Assembly (NCBI GenBank): GCA_965220745.1
Contig: CBDCQT010000010.1
Location: 384,001-448,000 of the forward strand
DNA from: Alphaproteobacteria bacterium
GTDB taxonomy: Bacteria; Pseudomonadota; Alphaproteobacteria; UBA828
Direction of reading: 5' to 3'
Length of the DNA: 64,000 nucleotides
The notes under the pieces were generated by a model. That model did no database searches. It saw only the letters and a list, made by a program, of their open reading frames with translations, and was not told where the DNA came from. Positions 12,056 through 20,472 of the stretch are shown here, piece by piece. How positions within the stretch are numbered: the stretch's first letter is position 1; the number at the start of each line of letters is the position of its first letter. Made by a program: the position numbers and the translations under genes.

Positions 12056-12754
12056 TCAGCGCGGGACGCGGACGTAGCGGAGGAAGACAGGTGCCCGACC
12101 TTGGGTGCGGGCCTTCTGCTCATAGCGGGTCTCCGGCCAGTCGGCCGGCCTCTGTGGCCAATCGCCGGAAATTCTATCTGACAGAGCAAACACCTCGTTC
12201 CGGGCGACATGCTCCAGCGTCCACGCCACGTAGCCGCCATCGTCGGAGGCCCAGCGGAACTCGGCGCCGTCCTTCAGGATGCGCGCAAAGCCCGCGAGGG
12301 TCTCGGCATCGATCAGGCGCCGCTTGTGGTGACGCTTCTTGGGCCAGGGGTCGGAAAACAGCACAAACAGCCGGCCGATGCAGGCGTCGGGCAGGCGATC
12401 GAGCAGGAGCCGCGCGTCGTCGGGGAAGATGCGGACCCGATCGGCCGTGCCGTCCGCCTCCAGATGGCGCAGCAGGCCGGCGACGCCCTGGACGAAGGGC
12501 TCGCAGCCGATCAAGCCCACGGCCGGATTGGCGCGGATCTGATGGGCGAGATGCTCGCCGGCGCCGAAGCCGATCTCGAGCCAAAGGTCTCGGACCGGCG
12601 ACGGAAACAGCTTGCTTAGGTCGATCTGAGCCCGCGAGTCCTCGGGAAGGTCGATCCTGAGCGCCGGCAGGGCACGCTCAAGCAGTGCCTGACGGCCGGG
12701 GCGAAGACGGTGGCTTAGCCTCCGCCCGTAGACACGGCGGCGGCGCTCTTCCAT
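12056..12754 (-). CDS. trmB: tRNA (guanine-N7)-methyltransferase
   Basis: WLEIGFGAGEHL, IGCEPF, DPWPKKRHHKRR, ETRYEQKA. Confidence 0.95.
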   Translation of the reverse strand: MEERRRRVYGRRLSHRLRPGRQALLERALPALRIDLPEDSRAQIDLSKLFPSPVRDLWLEIGFGAGEHLAHQIRANPAVGLIGCEPFVQGVAGLLRHLEADGTADRVRIFPDDARLLLDRLPDACIGRLFVLFSDPWPKKRHHKRRLIDAETLAGFARILKDGAEFRWASDDGGYVAWTLEHVARNEVFALSDRISGDWPQRPADWPETRYEQKARTQGRAPVFLRYVRVPR

Positions 12755-12788
12755 CGCACGGCAAGACGGGCGCCGGCCGGCCGTGCCC

Positions 12789-13958
12789 TCATCCGACGGC
12801 GGTGAGAAGCGGGTCGACGAGGTCCGTCCGTTCCCATGAGAAGCCGCCGTCGGCCTCTGGGTCGCGGCCGAAATGACCGTAGGCCGCGGTGCGCTCGAAG
12901 ATCGGGCGGGCGAGGTCGAGATGCTCGCCGATTCCCCGCGGCGAGAGGTCCATCACCGAGTTGAGCGCCTCGGCAAGCCTGGCTTCGTCAATCTGGCCGG
13001 TGCCGTGGGTATCGACGTAGACCGCGAGCGGGTGGGCGACGCCGATCGCATAGGCGAGCTGGATCGTGCAGCGCGACGCGAGGTTGGCAGCGACGACGTT
13101 CTTCGCGAGATAGCGCGCCGCATAGGCTGCGGAGCGGTCGACCTTGCTCGGGTCCTTGCCCGAGAAGGCGCCGCCGCCGTGGGGCGCTGCGCCGCCGTAG
13201 GTGTCCACGATAATCTTGCGCCCGGTCACGCCGGCATCGCCGTCCGGCCCGCCGATCACGAAACGGCCGGTCGGATTGACGTAGAACCACTCCTCGTCGC
13301 ACATCCACCCGTCGGGCAGCGCGTCCACGACGTAGGGGCGCACGATCTCGCGCACGTCGTCCTGCGAAAGCTCGGCGGCATGCTGGGTCGAGACGACGAC
13401 GGAGGTAGCGCCCACCGGAACGCCGTCCTCGTAGCGCAGCGTCACCTGGCTCTTGGAATCGGGCCCGAGGCCGGGTGCGTCGCCGCCGTGCCGGGCGCGG
13501 GCCAGCGCGGCCAGGATCGCGTGGGCATAGTGGAGCGGTGCCGGCATGAGCGCGTCGGTCTCGCGGCAGGCGTAGCCGAACATGATGCCCTGATCGCCCG
13601 CGCCCTGGTCCTTGTTGCCGGCCTGGTCTACGCCGAGGGCGATGTCGGCCGACTGGGCGTGAACATGGACCTCCACGGCGGCCTTGGCCCAGTGGAAGCC
13701 CTCTTGCTCGTAGCCGATCTCGCGGACGCAGGTCCGCGCGATGGACTCCAGGGCCTCGGCGGTGATCGAGTCGGGGCCGCGCACCTCGCCGGCGAGCACC
13801 ATCCGGTTGGTCGTGACCAGCGTCTCGCAGGCCACCCGTGCGTTGGAATCGACCGCCAGGTACGCATCGACCACGGCATCGGAGATGCGGTCGCACACCT
13901 TGTCCGGATGCCCCTCGGACACCGATTCGCTAGTAAACAGGTAGTCTCCTCGCCCCAC
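12789..13958 (-). CDS. metK: S-adenosylmethionine synthetase
   Basis: [49 protein letters not shown]; probable GTG start at 13958. Confidence 0.97.
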   Translation of the reverse strand: MGRGDYLFTSESVSEGHPDKVCDRISDAVVDAYLAVDSNARVACETLVTTNRMVLAGEVRGPDSITAEALESIARTCVREIGYEQEGFHWAKAAVEVHVHAQSADIALGVDQAGNKDQGAGDQGIMFGYACRETDALMPAPLHYAHAILAALARARHGGDAPGLGPDSKSQVTLRYEDGVPVGATSVVVSTQHAAELSQDDVREIVRPYVVDALPDGWMCDEEWFYVNPTGRFVIGGPDGDAGVTGRKIIVDTYGGAAPHGGGAFSGKDPSKVDRSAAYAARYLAKNVVAANLASRCTIQLAYAIGVAHPLAVYVDTHGTGQIDEARLAEALNSVMDLSPRGIGEHLDLARPIFERTAAYGHFGRDPEADGGFSWERTDLVDPLLTAVG

Positions 13959-14117
13959 GGCTCCCCCCGACGATGATGATGTTTCGGAGACAGGCGGCAT
14001 CCGGCCGCGCCGTGCGGCGGTTTTCGCAGCGAACTCCGGGGCGGTCAAGCGCTGCCGAGATGTCATGTACACCATGAGCGTGGTAAGACATGCGCCCGAC
14101 CGACAGGGAGAGAGCGA

Positions 14118-14903
14118 ATGCTTGCCGATATCCGTGGCGTCTCAATCAACTACGAGATTTCGGGGAACGAGAGCGGACCCTGGCTGACCTTCTCCAACTC
14201 GCTGGCCACGAACCTGCACATGTGGGACGAGCAGGAGGTCGCGCTCGCCGACGACTTCCATATCCTGCGCTATGACAAGCGCGGGCACGGCAAGTCCGCG
14301 CTGGTGGAGGGACCGTACACGTTCGACGACTTGGTGGGCGATGTCGTGGGCCTCTGGGACCACCTGGGCATCTCGAAGAGCCATTTCGTGGGTCTCTCGA
14401 TCGGGGGGATGACGGTGCAGGAGCTCCTGCTCAGCCATGCCGACCGGGTCACGGCCACGGTCATGGCGAACACGTCTGCGCACAGCGGCGAGGCGTTCAT
14501 CGCGGCCTTCGATCAGCGCGTGGCCGCGGTCGCCGATGGGGGCATGGAGGCGGTCGTCGAGTCGACCATCGAGCGCTGGTTCTCCGAGGGCTACCGGGCA
14601 AGCGGCGCTGCGCGCATCGACGATGTGCGGCACATGATCCGCACGACCTCGGTCGCGGGATACACGGGCTGCGCGCGCGCCATCCAATCGCTCGCGAATC
14701 TCGACCGGCTGGGCTCGATCGATCATCCCGTCCTGCTGATCGCCGGCTCGCAGGACCCCGGCACGCCGCCGGCCGGCATGCGCCTGATGCACGAGCGGAT
14801 CGGCGGCTCTCAATATCTGGAACTCGACGCCGCTCACCTCTCGAACATCGAGCGGGCGCCAGCGTTCACGGCCGCCCTGAAGTCGTTTCTCTCGGCGTAC
14901 TAG
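14118..14903 (+). CDS. pcaD: 3-oxoadipate enol-lactonase-like alpha/beta hydrolase
   Basis: [16 protein letters not shown], nucleophile elbow GLSIGG, HLSNIE. Confidence 0.75.
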   Translation: MLADIRGVSINYEISGNESGPWLTFSNSLATNLHMWDEQEVALADDFHILRYDKRGHGKSALVEGPYTFDDLVGDVVGLWDHLGISKSHFVGLSIGGMTVQELLLSHADRVTATVMANTSAHSGEAFIAAFDQRVAAVADGGMEAVVESTIERWFSEGYRASGAARIDDVRHMIRTTSVAGYTGCARAIQSLANLDRLGSIDHPVLLIAGSQDPGTPPAGMRLMHERIGGSQYLELDAAHLSNIERAPAFTAALKSFLSAY

Positions 14904-14941
14904 CCCACGATCCGACGACACCCACGTCTCCCTCCGCCCTC

Positions 14942-14984
14942 CCGGGCTGCACAGCAGCCCGGACGGCGCGACCGCGCCGCGCGC
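14942..14984 (+). repeat. ~100-bp hairpin element, copy A (5' part only)
   Basis: CCGGGCTGCACAGCAGCCCGGACGGCGCGACCGCGCCGCGCGC, nearly identical to the start of copies B and C. Confidence 0.8.
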
Positions 14985-15017
14985 GGCATCAGACGAAGCG
15001 TCTACCATCGACGGGAA

Positions 15018-15120
15018 CCGGGCTGCACAGCAGCCCGGACGGCGCGACTGCGCCGCGCGCGTAGCGCGTAGGCAAGCGAGTGGAGCGAGCGCCCGCCGTT
15101 GAGGGAAATGGAATAAGTTC
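15018..15120 (+). repeat. ~100-bp hairpin element, copy B (full)
   Basis: CCGGGCTGC-ACA-GCAGCCCGG...GCGTAGGCAAGCGAGTGGAGCGAGCGCCCGCCGTTGAGGGAAATGGAATAAGTTC; matches 17746-17848 and the reverse complement of 20496-20593. Confidence 0.88.
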
Positions 15121-15131
15121 GCGCCCGCGCC

Positions 15132-15890
15132 TCACTCCGGCCCGAGGGACAGGATCGATGTGGGGCTGGTGCGATATACGCGCGGAGCAATTTCCGTCCA
15201 GGATTCATAGCGATGATCCGGGCTCAAGTGGGATTCGCCGGGATTGACCGGGACTGCGGGGAACTCTGCGGGATTCCACGGGTCCACCGGTACCGACGTG
15301 ACGGTGCGGGGAGCAGGCGGCGGGGGCCTGCCCTCCACCTCCGCACGGATGATGGCGACCGCCTCCGGCGAGAGCCCGCCCTGGCCCTTGGGCTGATCAG
15401 CGCGTGCCGCCTTCTTTGCCGCCCGCTCCCGGTCTTTGCGGAGCTTGTCGGTGCCTTCGATGCGCTTGAGGGTGAGGGCGAGGCGGGCGAGCTCCTCCGT
15501 CGACACGGGCTCTTCCCGCGCGCTGAGACGAGCCATGGTGGCGAGCGCCATGGTCCGCAGGGTCTCGATCAGGATGAGTCCCGCCTGACCTTCCGGCCGC
15601 TCGCCCAGCGCATCCACCCACGCCTTGATGGTGCGGTCGGTCTCCTGCTGCTGGCGGATCATGTCGCGCATGTTCTTGGTGTAGCGGCCGACGGCCGAGC
15701 GCGAGCATGTCTCGCCTTCGGCGCGGATGCGGGCTGTGATCTCGTCGATGGTGGCGCCGTCCGCGATGGCCGCGTCCACGGCCTCGCGCAGCTTGGCCGG
15801 CAGGCGCTTGATGGAGGAGCGGCCGAACGTCCCGGCCGTTGTGCTCTTGGGGGTGCTCTCGGGGGATTTCCGGGGAGTTTCATTCTGCAT
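15132..15890 (-). CDS. DUF3486 / phage Mu gp27-like protein (probable small-terminase family), solitary
   Basis: GRSSIKRLPAKLREAV..AI.DG.TIDEI...I...G..CSRSAVGRY followed by a helical region, the pattern typical of DUF3486; Pro-rich C-terminal extension. Confidence 0.75.
   Translation of the reverse strand: MQNETPRKSPESTPKSTTAGTFGRSSIKRLPAKLREAVDAAIADGATIDEITARIRAEGETCSRSAVGRYTKNMRDMIRQQQETDRTIKAWVDALGERPEGQAGLILIETLRTMALATMARLSAREEPVSTEELARLALTLKRIEGTDKLRKDRERAAKKAARADQPKGQGGLSPEAVAIIRAEVEGRPPPPAPRTVTSVPVDPWNPAEFPAVPVNPGESHLSPDHRYESWTEIAPRVYRTSPTSILSLGPE
15201..15290. repeat. 10-bp-periodic degenerate tandem array (consensus approximately GGATTCNNCG)
   Basis: Consecutive decamers GGATTCATAG, CGATGATCCG, GGCTCAAGTG, GGATTCGCCG, GGATTGACCG, GGACTGCGGG, GAACTCTGCG, GGATTCCACG, GGTCCACCGG. 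Confidence 0.7.
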
Positions 15891-16020
15891 GGCGTGGCTG
15901 TGCTCGCGGGATGGTTTCTGGCTCATCCAGCGATGCTGCCCCGCGCCGCCCACACTGTGCATCGCACCATGGTCCGGGGCACGCTACGGGGTCCGAGCCC
16001 CGCGCGGCCACTCCCATACT

Positions 16021-16040
16021 CGTCATGCCCGGACTTGATC
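16021..16040 (+). repeat. Left half of a CGTC-type REP palindrome, interrupted by IS4
   Basis: CGTCATGCCCGGACTTGATC; continues as CGGGCATCCA at 17309-17318 after the IS. Confidence 0.85.
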
Positions 16041-17299
16041 CATTGCTGTCCGGTTTAGATTTTGGCGAAGGGGATTTGGAGTTGGTCATGGGTTTGTGGC
16101 TCATCGGGCGGCGGTTCGAAGAGGTCGGTGAGCGCCCGGCGCTGGAAGGTCGTCTTGGCGACGAGGCGGGCGATGGCCTGGAGGCCGAGCCGGGTTCCGG
16201 TTCCGATCTGCGCCAGCCGCAGCAGCAGGTAGGCGATCAGCGCGGTGACGATCTGGATGCGCACGGCATTCTCGCTGGTGCCGAGGAAGTGCCGGATCTT
16301 CAGGTTCTGCTTGATCCACTTGAAGAACAGCTCGACCTGCCAGCGCCGCTTGTAGAGCGCCGCGATCTCTTCGGCTGGGGCATTGAGGTCGTTGCTGACC
16401 AGCATGATCTCCCTGCCGCTGTCGATGCGCACGGTGACCAGACGCACCGGCTTGTCGAAGGGGTTCTGGCGGCTCGCCGCCAGGCGCTTCGACAGCAAGG
16501 CGACGCGGTCGGCCACGACCGGGCCGTCCGGCTTGACCGGGCGGGTCTCGATCAGGCTTGTGGGCGAGTTCTTCTTCAGCCGGGTGACGAAGCGGCTCCC
16601 CTTGGCGTCGATGTCTGCCCAGAAGGCGAAGTCGTAATAGCCCTTGTCGAAGACGTAAGTCGCGCCGGGCTCGATGGGGAGGCGCTTGGCCGGCGTGATG
16701 TCGTTGACCCTGGCCGAGGTCACGGCAAAGCAAACGGGCGCATCTGCGTCCGGGTCGTAGACCACGTGCAGCTTGACGGCACCGTCGACCTCCCAGCTCT
16801 CGATCCGCTTGCCAACCAGGACCCGGGTCGCATCGACGAGGCGCAGCATCTCCCGCCCGCGCTGGCCCGCAGATGCGCCCAGCCGGGCGACCAGGGCCTC
16901 GAGTACGTCCTCGAACAGGGCCGCCGGACGTACCCGGTTGGCATCCGCGAGCGTAGACCGCCGCACCGGCGCCAGACCCAGATGGGCATGGACGCCCGGA
17001 AAGCGTTCCAGCGCACCGACCGCCTCGCGCAACGAGCGCGAGCCCGACAGCTGGGCGAACACCATCGCCTGGAACTGGCTCCACGACGAAAGGCGCCGGA
17101 CCCGGTAGTCCGCTCCGTGGCGCTCTGCCAGCTTGTCGAAGCGCCAGCGCGGAAACGCCTTCATCAGTCCGCCGAAAATCGTATCCTGGTAGGGCATGGC
17201 TTGGGCTCCATTGCGAGCTTCGATTCAACAGGTCTTGCAAAAACCAAGTTGAATCCAAGCCATGCACCTTGTCTACCCAAGCTAAACCGGACAGCAATG
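16041..17299 (-). mobile_element. IS4-family insertion sequence, 1259 bp, complete
   Basis: Perfect 18-bp terminal IR CATTGCTGTCCGGTTTAG / CTAAACCGGACAGCAATG; 9-bp direct repeat GACTTGATC at 16032-16040 and 17300-17308; single transposase ORF. Confidence 0.93.
16055..17197 (-). CDS. IS4-family DDE transposase
   Basis: N-terminal DUF4372-like region (SQFQAMVFAQLSGSRSLRE, RRSTLADAN); LVDAT, VFDKGY, and YKRRWQVELFFKWIKQ (YREK motif). Confidence 0.95.
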   Translation of the reverse strand: MPYQDTIFGGLMKAFPRWRFDKLAERHGADYRVRRLSSWSQFQAMVFAQLSGSRSLREAVGALERFPGVHAHLGLAPVRRSTLADANRVRPAALFEDVLEALVARLGASAGQRGREMLRLVDATRVLVGKRIESWEVDGAVKLHVVYDPDADAPVCFAVTSARVNDITPAKRLPIEPGATYVFDKGYYDFAFWADIDAKGSRFVTRLKKNSPTSLIETRPVKPDGPVVADRVALLSKRLAASRQNPFDKPVRLVTVRIDSGREIMLVSNDLNAPAEEIAALYKRRWQVELFFKWIKQNLKIRHFLGTSENAVRIQIVTALIAYLLLRLAQIGTGTRLGLQAIARLVAKTTFQRRALTDLFEPPPDEPQTHDQLQIPFAKI

Positions 17300-17337
17300 G
17301 ACTTGATCCGGGCATCCACGGCTTGCAGCATGGGGGC

Positions 17338-17631
17338 ATGAGAAAGGGCGGGGGCTGGGTCTACATCATGACCAACCGACCCAACGGCACGCTCTATCTC
17401 GGTGTGACCAGCGACATTGCACGCAGGGCATGGGAACACCGCGAAGGCTTGGTTGAAGGGTTCACGAAGCGGTACGGCCTGACGCGGCTCGTCTACGCGG
17501 AGCGCCACGACGAAATCGCCGCAGCCATCCAGCGGGAACGGACCATGAAGCACTGGTCGCGCGCCTGGAAGGTCGATCTCATCGTCGCGCAGAACCCCGA
17601 TTGGGACGACCTCTACGAAACCCTGCCGTAA
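17338..17631 (+). CDS. Small GIY-YIG (UPF0213/SLX1-like) endonuclease
   Basis: WVYIMTNRPNGTLYLGVTSDIARRAWEH...FTKRYG...AIQRERTMKHWSRAWK..LI...NPDW.DL; 97 aa from the ATG at 17338. Confidence 0.9.
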   Translation: MRKGGGWVYIMTNRPNGTLYLGVTSDIARRAWEHREGLVEGFTKRYGLTRLVYAERHDEIAAAIQRERTMKHWSRAWKVDLIVAQNPDWDDLYETLP

Positions 17632-17645
17632 TCTCGCTGAAAACA

Positions 17646-17675
17646 TGGATGCCCGGATCAAGTCCGGGCATGACG
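17646..17675 (-). repeat. CGTC-type REP palindrome, inverted partner of 16021/17318
   Basis: TGGATGCCCGGATCAAGTCCGGGCATGACG is the exact reverse complement of the reconstructed left REP. Confidence 0.88.
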
Positions 17676-17745
17676 AAGTAAGGAAGTGGTCTCGCGACCG
17701 CGCGCCGCGCCCGGCAACCCGCGAGGAGTCCGACCATGATCGGGA

Positions 17746-17848
17746 CCGGGCTGCGCAGCAGCCCGGACGGCGCGACAGCGCCGCGCGCGTAGCGCGTAGG
17801 CAAGCGAGTGGAACGAGCGCCCGCCGCCTGAGGGAAATGAAAAAGTTC
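17746..17848 (+). repeat. ~100-bp hairpin element, copy C (full)
   Basis: Near-identical to 15018-15120; a second partial end motif GAGGGAAACGAATAAG follows at about 17862-17877. Confidence 0.88.
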
Positions 17849-17883
17849 GCGCCCGGCGCCCGAGGGAAACGAATAAGCAGTTC

Positions 17884-18891
17884 TTACTCGGTTGTCGTGT
17901 GGATCGGCGCTTCCGGGTGGAAAGCGTGGAAGGCGAAGGCGAAGGCGATGTCGTAGGGCACGTCCTCCAGGCCGCCATCGCCGCCCGCGCGCTGCACGAC
18001 CACGTTGCCGACGTCCTTGCCCTTCGCGATCCTGCGGCTGTCGAGCGCGGAGTTCTGGCCCGACTCCCAGGTGATGACCAGATCGCCCTGCTCGTAGCGG
18101 CCGGCTTCGCGGATGAGCTCGAGGCTCCAGGCCTCGCCTTCCACCACGACGACGCGGGCGAGTGGCTCGATCCCCTTCGGCAGGTCGCCGTTGTAGAGGA
18201 AGGGACGCGAAGAGGAATCGTAGCTGGCGTAGGGGTTCATGCCATAGGCGCGGGCGCCTGCGCGGCTCGGCACGAGGACCTTGGCCTCGGCGCCTGCGCG
18301 CTCCCTGAAGAGGCCGAAGGATTCGACCCGCGCCGGCAGCCGCTTGAGCGCCGTGCCGGTGTGGACGCCGACGATGCCTTCGCCGGTGAACTGCTGCCAC
18401 CAGCTCTCTGTCTGCCGGTCGTACATCACGAGGTCGGAGTTGCGCAGCTTGCCGGTGGTGCCGAACTCCAGCACCGCATCGCCCACGCGCCGGTCGTACA
18501 CGACGGCCGAGTTGCAGAGCGGGCAGAAGGTGACCGCGATCGGGATGCCGCCCACCGTGTCGTTGACGATCTCGTGCCAAATGAGGATTTGCAGCGGGTA
18601 GGCGCGCTGATCGTCGCCGACGAAGAAGCTCATGACGGGCTCGGTGTCCGCCAGGTCCTCGATCTCGCCGGCGGGCGCGAAGACCGGGTCGTCGATCGAA
18701 GGGATGCCGTCCTTGGGCGGCCCGCCGGACATGATCTCGTCGAACGAGACCGACGCTTGCGAGAAGTCCGTCGCCCCCCACTCGAACAGCCAGCCCGACG
18801 GCGCCTCTCGCGCCATGGCGGGACTGAGCGAGAGCGCTGCGACGAGCGCGAGAGCGGGAAGGGTCAGCGCCGAGAGAGCAAGGGTGCGCAT
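17884..18891 (-). CDS. DUF3179 family exported protein
   Basis: Signal peptide; SGGPPKDGIPSID.P, RAYPLQILIWHEIVND, TFCPLCNS, FGTTGKLRNSDLVMYDRQTESWWQQ, FAFHAFHP. Confidence 0.85.
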   Translation of the reverse strand: MRTLALSALTLPALALVAALSLSPAMAREAPSGWLFEWGATDFSQASVSFDEIMSGGPPKDGIPSIDDPVFAPAGEIEDLADTEPVMSFFVGDDQRAYPLQILIWHEIVNDTVGGIPIAVTFCPLCNSAVVYDRRVGDAVLEFGTTGKLRNSDLVMYDRQTESWWQQFTGEGIVGVHTGTALKRLPARVESFGLFRERAGAEAKVLVPSRAGARAYGMNPYASYDSSSRPFLYNGDLPKGIEPLARVVVVEGEAWSLELIREAGRYEQGDLVITWESGQNSALDSRRIAKGKDVGNVVVQRAGGDGGLEDVPYDIAFAFAFHAFHPEAPIHTTTE

Positions 18892-19095
18892 TGAGCAATC
18901 CTCCGTCCTGTGACGGGTGGAATGTCGGGCCTGCCGGAGCCTCGCGCCAATCGCTTTGCTTCAACTTGTCGTGACGAGCCCCGCACCGGGGCTAGGAACT
19001 GGAGAAATGTATATAACTTATTATGAATCAAGTGGTTACGTGAAATTGGGTTCGTTTTGTAAAATCGTGTTTCGCGGTCGGTTCTTCTCCCCCGG

Positions 19096-19887
19096 CTAAG
19101 CGGCGGCGGCCATCGCCCGCTGGGCCATGACGCCCACCAGATGCGCGCGGTACTCGGCGCTCGCGTGGATGTCGGAGTTGAGACCTTCGTCGGAGAGCGC
19201 CGGCAGCGTCGCCTCGGGGTCCAGCCCGCCGCTCAGCGCGGCCTCCATGGCGGAGGCGCGGAAGACGCAGGGGCCGGCGCCGGTCACCGCGATGCGAACG
19301 CCCGACGCCGTCTCCGCCGCCATGACGCCGACGATGGCGTAGCGCGACGCGGGGTTCGGGAACTTGGCATAGCCGGCCTTCACGGGGCGGGGGAAGCGGA
19401 CGGCGGTCACGAGCTCGCCCTCCTCCAGCGCGGTCTCGAACAGCCCGGTGAAGAAGTCGTCCGCCGCAATGGTGCGGCGCTCGGTCACCACGGTAGCGCC
19501 GAGCCCGACCAGGGCGGCCGGATAGTCCGCCGCCGGGTCGTTGTTGGCGATGGAGCCGCCGATGGTGCCCTTGTTGCGCACCTGCGGGTCGCCGATCTTG
19601 CCGGCGAGGGCGGCGAGCGCCGGGATCGCGCCCTGCACCTCGGCGGAGGCCGCGACGGTCGCATGGGGCGTGAGCGCGCCGATCTCTACGGCCTCGCCGT
19701 CCACGGAGATGCCGATCAGCTCCGTCAGCCCCGCGAGGTCGATCAGATCGGAGGGTGCGGCCAGGCGCTGCTTCATCGTCGGCAGCAGCGTGTGGCCGCC
19801 CGAAAGGTAGGCGCCGTCGTCCGCGCCGTTGAAGCCTGCGACCGCGTCTTCCACCGATGTCGCACGACGGTAGTTGAATGCATGCAT
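19096..19887 (-). CDS. Molybdenum hydroxylase FAD-binding medium subunit (CoxM/CutM-like)
   Basis: LSGGHTLLPTMKQRLAAP, IGDPQVRNKGTIGGSIANNDPAADYP, SDIHASAEYRAHL. Confidence 0.9.
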   Translation of the reverse strand: MHAFNYRRATSVEDAVAGFNGADDGAYLSGGHTLLPTMKQRLAAPSDLIDLAGLTELIGISVDGEAVEIGALTPHATVAASAEVQGAIPALAALAGKIGDPQVRNKGTIGGSIANNDPAADYPAALVGLGATVVTERRTIAADDFFTGLFETALEEGELVTAVRFPRPVKAGYAKFPNPASRYAIVGVMAAETASGVRIAVTGAGPCVFRASAMEAALSGGLDPEATLPALSDEGLNSDIHASAEYRAHLVGVMAQRAMAAAA

Positions 19888-19934
19888 GACGCTCACTCCT
19901 CTCCGCTCAGACTATGGCCTTCGCGCCGAATTGG

Positions 19935-19966
19935 CCAGAGAACCATCGTCCAGAGAACCATCGTCC
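19935..19966. repeat. 15-bp perfect tandem duplication
   Basis: CCAGAGAACCATCGT x2 plus CC, in the divergent intergenic region. Confidence 0.85.
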
Positions 19967-20036
19967 GGAGGCTGCCGGCCTTTCGGCCGACCGCCGGCGC
20001 CGGCTACGATGGGCCCGTGGGTGAGAGGAGGCGCCG

Positions 20037-20423
20037 GTGGTGATGCTCAGGCGCGCCCAGATCGTCAATCTGGTCGAGCACAGCTACTACAGCAACATCG
20101 ACTTCCGGCACCTCGGCACGGTGCTCGACTGCTTCGCCCACGACGCGGTGCTCTCGGTGGACGGCCGGAGCCACCGCGGCCGGGACGGCGAGATCAAGCA
20201 GTATCTCGCCCAGATGCTGTCGGACTATCCCTCGATCCGGCACGAGCTGCTGGAGCACGAGGTGGACGAGGCCGGGCAGCGCTCCAGCTGCCGCTTCACC
20301 CTCAGACTCGAAGACGCCGAGGGGCGCGCGCACGAGACCACCGGGCGGGCCGAGTTCCATCTGGGGAACGGCAAGCTCGCGGCCGTCACGGTCGAGAGCG
20401 ACGGCGGCGCCACCGCGATCTAG
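20037..20423 (+). CDS. SnoaL/NTF2-like family protein
   Basis: SD GAGGAGG; YYSNID....VLDCFAHDAVL..DG.SHRGRDGEI..Y pattern; 128 aa. Confidence 0.75.
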   Translation: MVMLRRAQIVNLVEHSYYSNIDFRHLGTVLDCFAHDAVLSVDGRSHRGRDGEIKQYLAQMLSDYPSIRHELLEHEVDEAGQRSSCRFTLRLEDAEGRAHETTGRAEFHLGNGKLAAVTVESDGGATAI

Positions 20424-20472
20424 TTCGCAGGTGGAGCTTGCCAGGCTCCGAACTGCCGCTCGCTTTTCATCT

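Noticed and set aside
13959-14117. SAM riboswitch upstream of metK
   Set aside because: No SAM-II or SAM-SAH consensus recognisable by eye; an Infernal search would be needed to exclude it.
14942-15120. Adjacent repeats as a possible CRISPR array
   Set aside because: Only two unequal copies, no regular repeat-spacer period, and no cas genes.
15132-17860. Intact prophage
   Set aside because: Only one phage-like gene; no large terminase, portal, capsid, integrase or Mu transposase in the window.
17884-18891. Selenoprotein recoding in DUF3179
   Set aside because: The redox motif is a plain CPLC with no in-frame TGA.
19005-19032. dif (XerCD) site
   Set aside because: The spacer between ATAA and TTATG is 4 bp rather than 6 and the arms fit poorly; kept only as an unexplained AT-rich motif.
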